Shown here: positions 61,028 to 64,000 of the stretch, in pieces | How positions within the stretch are numbered: the stretch's first letter is position 1 | How the letters are laid out: the number at the start of each line of letters is the position of its first letter | Assembly: GCA_963741255.1 (NCBI GenBank) | Contig: CAVUHM010000005.1 | Span: 32,750-96,749, forward strand | Direction of reading: 5' to 3' | DNA from: an uncultured Gammaproteobacteria bacterium | Lineage (GTDB): Bacteria; Pseudomonadota; Gammaproteobacteria; Steroidobacterales; Rariloculaceae | DNA: 64,000 nucleotides | Program-made: the position numbers and the translations under genes | The notes under the pieces: generated by a model | The model's input: only the letters and a program-made list of their open reading frames with translations | Databases searched by the model: none | What the model was told of the DNA's origin: nothing

Positions 61028-61372
61028 ATGACGAGAATCCCCGAGGGGCTCGTAGCCGTCGTCGTTGCGGGGATGTCGTTCACCGCGAATGCCCAGGACG
61101 CGGCGGCCGCTGCGCGCGGGCAAGAGGTGTTCGAGCGCTGGTGCGCTGCCTGTCACGCGCCGGGCGCGCGGCATCCCGGCACTCAGGCTCTCGAGGCGTT
61201 GTACAAGGGAGCGAAGCCGGCAGCGCTCGAGCAACGGACCGACCTCGTTCCGGAACTGACCCGCGCGTTTGTCCGCACGGGCGTGTCGGTCATGCCGCCG
61301 TTTCGGAAAACCGAAATCAGCGACACTGATCTCGCGGCGCTCGCGGCGTATCTCGCGCCCAAGACGCCGTAG
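61028..61372 (+). CDS. Exported monoheme cytochrome c
   Basis: Intact 114-aa ORF with a signal peptide, a CAACH motif and a distal Met in GVSVMPPF. Confidence 0.85.
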   Translation: MTRIPEGLVAVVVAGMSFTANAQDAAAAARGQEVFERWCAACHAPGARHPGTQALEALYKGAKPAALEQRTDLVPELTRAFVRTGVSVMPPFRKTEISDTDLAALAAYLAPKTP

Positions 61373-61461
61373 CCTCGTCGACTAACGGCGGTAGCGTCCG
61401 GGGCGCGCCGTGGACGCCAGTTCCTATCTGTTTGTACACTTGAGAAAGACTCCGTAACTAC

Positions 61462-62344
61462 ATGATTAAGCTGGCCATTGGAGGTGTTCCAGAACACTTC
61501 AATTTGCCGTGGCACCTGGCGCTCGAGGCGCGACGGTTTGCGGCATTCGACATCGAGGTCAGTTGGCGCGACTTTCCGGATGGCTCCGGTGCCATGGCCA
61601 AGGCATTGCGGGAGGGTCAGCTCGACGCCGCGTTGTTGCTGACCGAGGGAGCCATTGCCGGAGTCGCCGACGGCGGCGGATTTCAGATCGTTAGCCTTTA
61701 CGCCGACTCGCCACTCTTATGGGGAATCCACGTGCCGGCCGCGTCGCGGTTCCGCGCCGTGGCGGAGATTCGCGGTGCACGCTATGCCGTGAGTCGTCGC
61801 GGTTCCGGCTCGCACCTGATGGCCGTCGTGCACGCGCGCGATCGCGGTTGGACGGCCGACGATCTCGAGTTCGTAATCGTGCGCAATCTTGCGGGCGCGG
61901 TCGATGCATTCGCGGCAGGCGCCGCGGACGTGTTCTTCTGGGAAAAGTTCATGACCAAGCCGTTAGTCGACGCCGGCCAGTTCCGACGCATCGGCGATTT
62001 CGCGGCGCCGTGGCCCGCGTTCGTCGCGTGTGTGGCCGATGCCGCGACGTGCCGACCAACGCGCCGCGTTCACGCGCGTACTCAGGCTCGTGCTGGATGA
62101 GGCTCGCGCGTTGCGCGCGCGGCCCGATGCCGCATCGCTGATCGCCGATCGATATGGGCTACTGGTCACCGACGTCGTCGAATGGCTGGCGACGACGCGT
62201 TGGAGCGACCGCGTCAGCGTTGCACCGCGCGATCTCGACGCGGCATGCACGGCGCTGGGCTCGCTCGGTGTACTCGCGCGCGCCGTGAGCGCGCGAGATT
62301 GCATCGCGACGGCTACCGGATCGCGAAGCCCGCGCGCGGATTGA
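61462..62344 (+). pseudogene. NMT1/THI5-like substrate-binding-domain protein (no signal peptide), one +1 frameshift near 62040
   Basis: MIKLAIGGVPEHFNLPWHLA...GSGAMAKALREGQLDAALLLTEG is in ORF 61462-62100. The C-terminus is in ORF 62030-62344. Confidence 0.6.
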
Positions 62345-62699
62345 ACTCTTTACCGTCGCCGCGTGTGGCTTTGACCCACGCGGCCGCGGGGCGGCCGTCG
62401 CGCATCGGGTTGCCAGTGATCGTGATCGCGGTGCCCGGCGCAAAGTCGCTTCTGCGAATACCGGCGCGCGTCAGCGTGCTCGGGCCCTCGGCCTCGAAGC
62501 CCCATGTCGTGACGGTGCCATCGTCGTTCTTGACGTCGACCAGCAGCCACGAGTGCGGATTCGTGTATTGAAACTCCTTGACCGTGCCCGTGACCGTGAC
62601 TTCTTTGGCGTCGTCGAACATGACCGCCGAGTGGTGGGCGAACGTCGGCGTCGCGAGCAACGTCGCGCTGCCGAGCAAGCATGCCAAGGTTTTCCTCAT
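62313..62699 (-). CDS. DUF6152 family exported protein
   Basis: The ATG at 62699 lies 6 nt after AAGGAG. MRKTLACLLGSATLLATPTFAHHSAVMFD...VTGTVKEFQYTNPHSWLLVDV. Its 3-prime end overlaps the convergent gene by 32 nt. Confidence 0.8.
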   Translation of the reverse strand: MRKTLACLLGSATLLATPTFAHHSAVMFDDAKEVTVTGTVKEFQYTNPHSWLLVDVKNDDGTVTTWGFEAEGPSTLTRAGIRRSDFAPGTAITITGNPMRDGRPAAAWVKATRGDGKEFNPRAGFAIR

Positions 62700-62730
62700 G
62701 GCCATCTCCTTACTAGTCGTCTGTACCATT

Positions 62731-63187
62731 CTAATGCCTACGTGCGGTGCGCGGAATCCGAGCGGATTCTACTCGCGCTGCGACGCGGTTCTTGCGTTCC
62801 AATATGTCACGTAGCAGCGGCAGGTCGTCTACGGCCGGCGCATCGACGGGGATCGTGCGAATGTACGCATAGATGTCGGCGAGTTCCTGGGCCGAGGCGT
62901 CCGGGAACGCCGGCATGTTCGGCACCGGCGAGCTCTGCACGAACGTGATGAAGCCGTCCTGCGTGTAGTTCAAAGGCACGAGACGCCGCTCGCCGCTCTG
63001 AGCGTCGAAGCCGTGGCATGCGTAACAGTTGAACGTGTCCGCGAACAGCGGTTGTCCGCGGGCGGCATCCCCGACGATCGCTGTGTTTCCGGGCTGGCGG
63101 TTGCGCGGACAACACGGCGGCCGCGAGCGTGCCGAGCAACGCGAGTGCGATACGCGAGCGAGCCGCGCAGTGCGAGTTGTGCCTCAT
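62731..63187 (-). pseudogene. Exported monoheme cytochrome c, one +1 frameshift near 63095
   Basis: The signal MRHNSHCAARSRIALALLGTLAAAVLSAQP is in ORF 62807-63187. GNTAIVGDAARGQPLFADTFNCYACHGFD...NMPAFPDASAQELADIYAYI follows, in the frame of ORF 62731-62979. Confidence 0.75.
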
Positions 63188-63196
63188 CGACGTCGC

Positions 63197-64000
63197 CTAT
63201 CGCGGCTGCGAGATCACGTCGACGAGCGCGGGCTCGCCTGCGCGAACTCGCGCCAGCGCGCGTTCGAACGCGGGACCGAGCGCATTCGGATCGCTGATCG
63301 GGCCTTCGGCATAGACGCCGAAGCCCTGGGCGATCTTCGCGTAGTCGGGCGCGGGATCGCGGATCACATTGCCGATGTCGACGTTGTCGTTGCCGCGGCC
63401 GCGGCGGGCCGCGACACGCTGCACGAGCATGACCTCGGCGTGATACGCGCGATTGTTGTGGATCACGAGCAGCAGCGGAATCTTGTGGTGTGCCGCGGTC
63501 CACAATGCGCCGGCTCCGACGAAATTGAAGTCTCCATCGCCGACGATGCCGATCGGTAGGCGTCCATGGGCTTTGTGAGCGAGGGCTCCGCCGACGGAGG
63601 CCGGCGTGTCGTAACCGATGCCGAACCCGCCGGAATCGCCGTTATAGCGATAGAAGCGATCGTGATTCAGCAGCCGTCGTTGCCACTGCCCCGTGAACTG
63701 GTGGCCCGACACGATGGCCCAGTCGTCGTTCTGTATCTGACGTCCGAGCTCGGCGATCATTCGTGGCACGCTGATCGGGCTGCTATTCCAGCCGTAACGA
63801 GCGTCGTCGATCTCGCGCTCACGGATTCTCTTGTGGGCTTCGGCAATCGTCGCGCCGCGCGCGCTGCGCGTGCGCGTCGCCGCGGTTGGACTCTGGCGAC
63901 GAAGCTCTTCGATCAACGATGGCAGTGTCGTCTCGCCGTCGGCGGCGATTGCAACGTCGACCTCGGAGTAGTTGCCGAAGTCGTGAATGTTGTGACCCTG
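63197..64000 (-). CDS. Thiamine-diphosphate-dependent enzyme (acetolactate synthase/benzoylformate decarboxylase-like), C-terminal TPP-binding domain; 5-prime end outside the window
   Basis: ORF 63197-63916 and its upstream continuation. The TPP motif is GDGDFNFVGAGALWTAAHHKIPLLLVIHNN. Confidence 0.85.
   Translation of the reverse strand, partial: QGHNIHDFGNYSEVDVAIAADGETTLPSLIEELRRQSPTAATRTRSARGATIAEAHKRIREREIDDARYGWNSSPISVPRMIAELGRQIQNDDWAIVSGHQFTGQWQRRLLNHDRFYRYNGDSGGFGIGYDTPASVGGALAHKAHGRLPIGIVGDGDFNFVGAGALWTAAHHKIPLLLVIHNNRAYHAEVMLVQRVAARRGRGNDNVDIGNVIRDPAPDYAKIAQGFGVYAEGPISDPNALGPAFERALARVRAGEPALVDVISQPR

Overview
GC-rich segment (G+C not computed) that looks like the chromosome of a Gram-negative environmental bacterium. 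It encodes outer-membrane beta-barrels, many Sec/Tat-exported redox enzymes and a DUF1592/DUF1552 pair. I support about 60 protein genes. I found no rRNA, tRNA, CRISPR array, transposase, integrase or phage gene.

Housekeeping anchors are rlmL, tatC, recQ, rlmJ, prpD-prpB and def. The remaining content is mostly periplasmic redox and hydrolase functions:
- three PQQ-dependent dehydrogenases, each with a different partner set
- five c-type cytochromes, including an octaheme
- two MBL-fold hydrolases
- an S46 peptidase and a class-C-like serine hydrolase
- two GGDEF-EAL proteins
- an ABC-2 exporter and a BlaI/M56 module

Non-coding highlights:
- a 67-75 bp nested-palindrome (REP/REPIN-like) element in three copies, each directly 3-prime of genes
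- a 154-bp imperfect direct duplication flanking one of those copies
- a 179-bp unit with perfect 30-bp terminal inverted repeats
- a 6 x 33-bp in-frame tandem repeat
- a BlaI-type TACA/TGTA operator

Major caveat: about 25 genes are broken by at least 40 frameshifts. ORF-track frame arithmetic shows that nearly all of them behave as single-base insertions and that they cluster in some regions. This points to an insertion-biased sequencing or assembly artefact rather than natural decay, but the sequence alone cannot settle it.

I see no clearly novel system. The best candidates for follow-up are the repeat family, the tight MBL-DUF1592-DUF1552-ankyrin operon, the barrel-octaheme-porin-peptidase cluster, and a PAS-GGDEF-degenerate-EAL gene translationally coupled to a PD-(D/E)XK-like gene.

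Coordinates of non-ORF features were indexed by hand and may be off by 1-2 nt.
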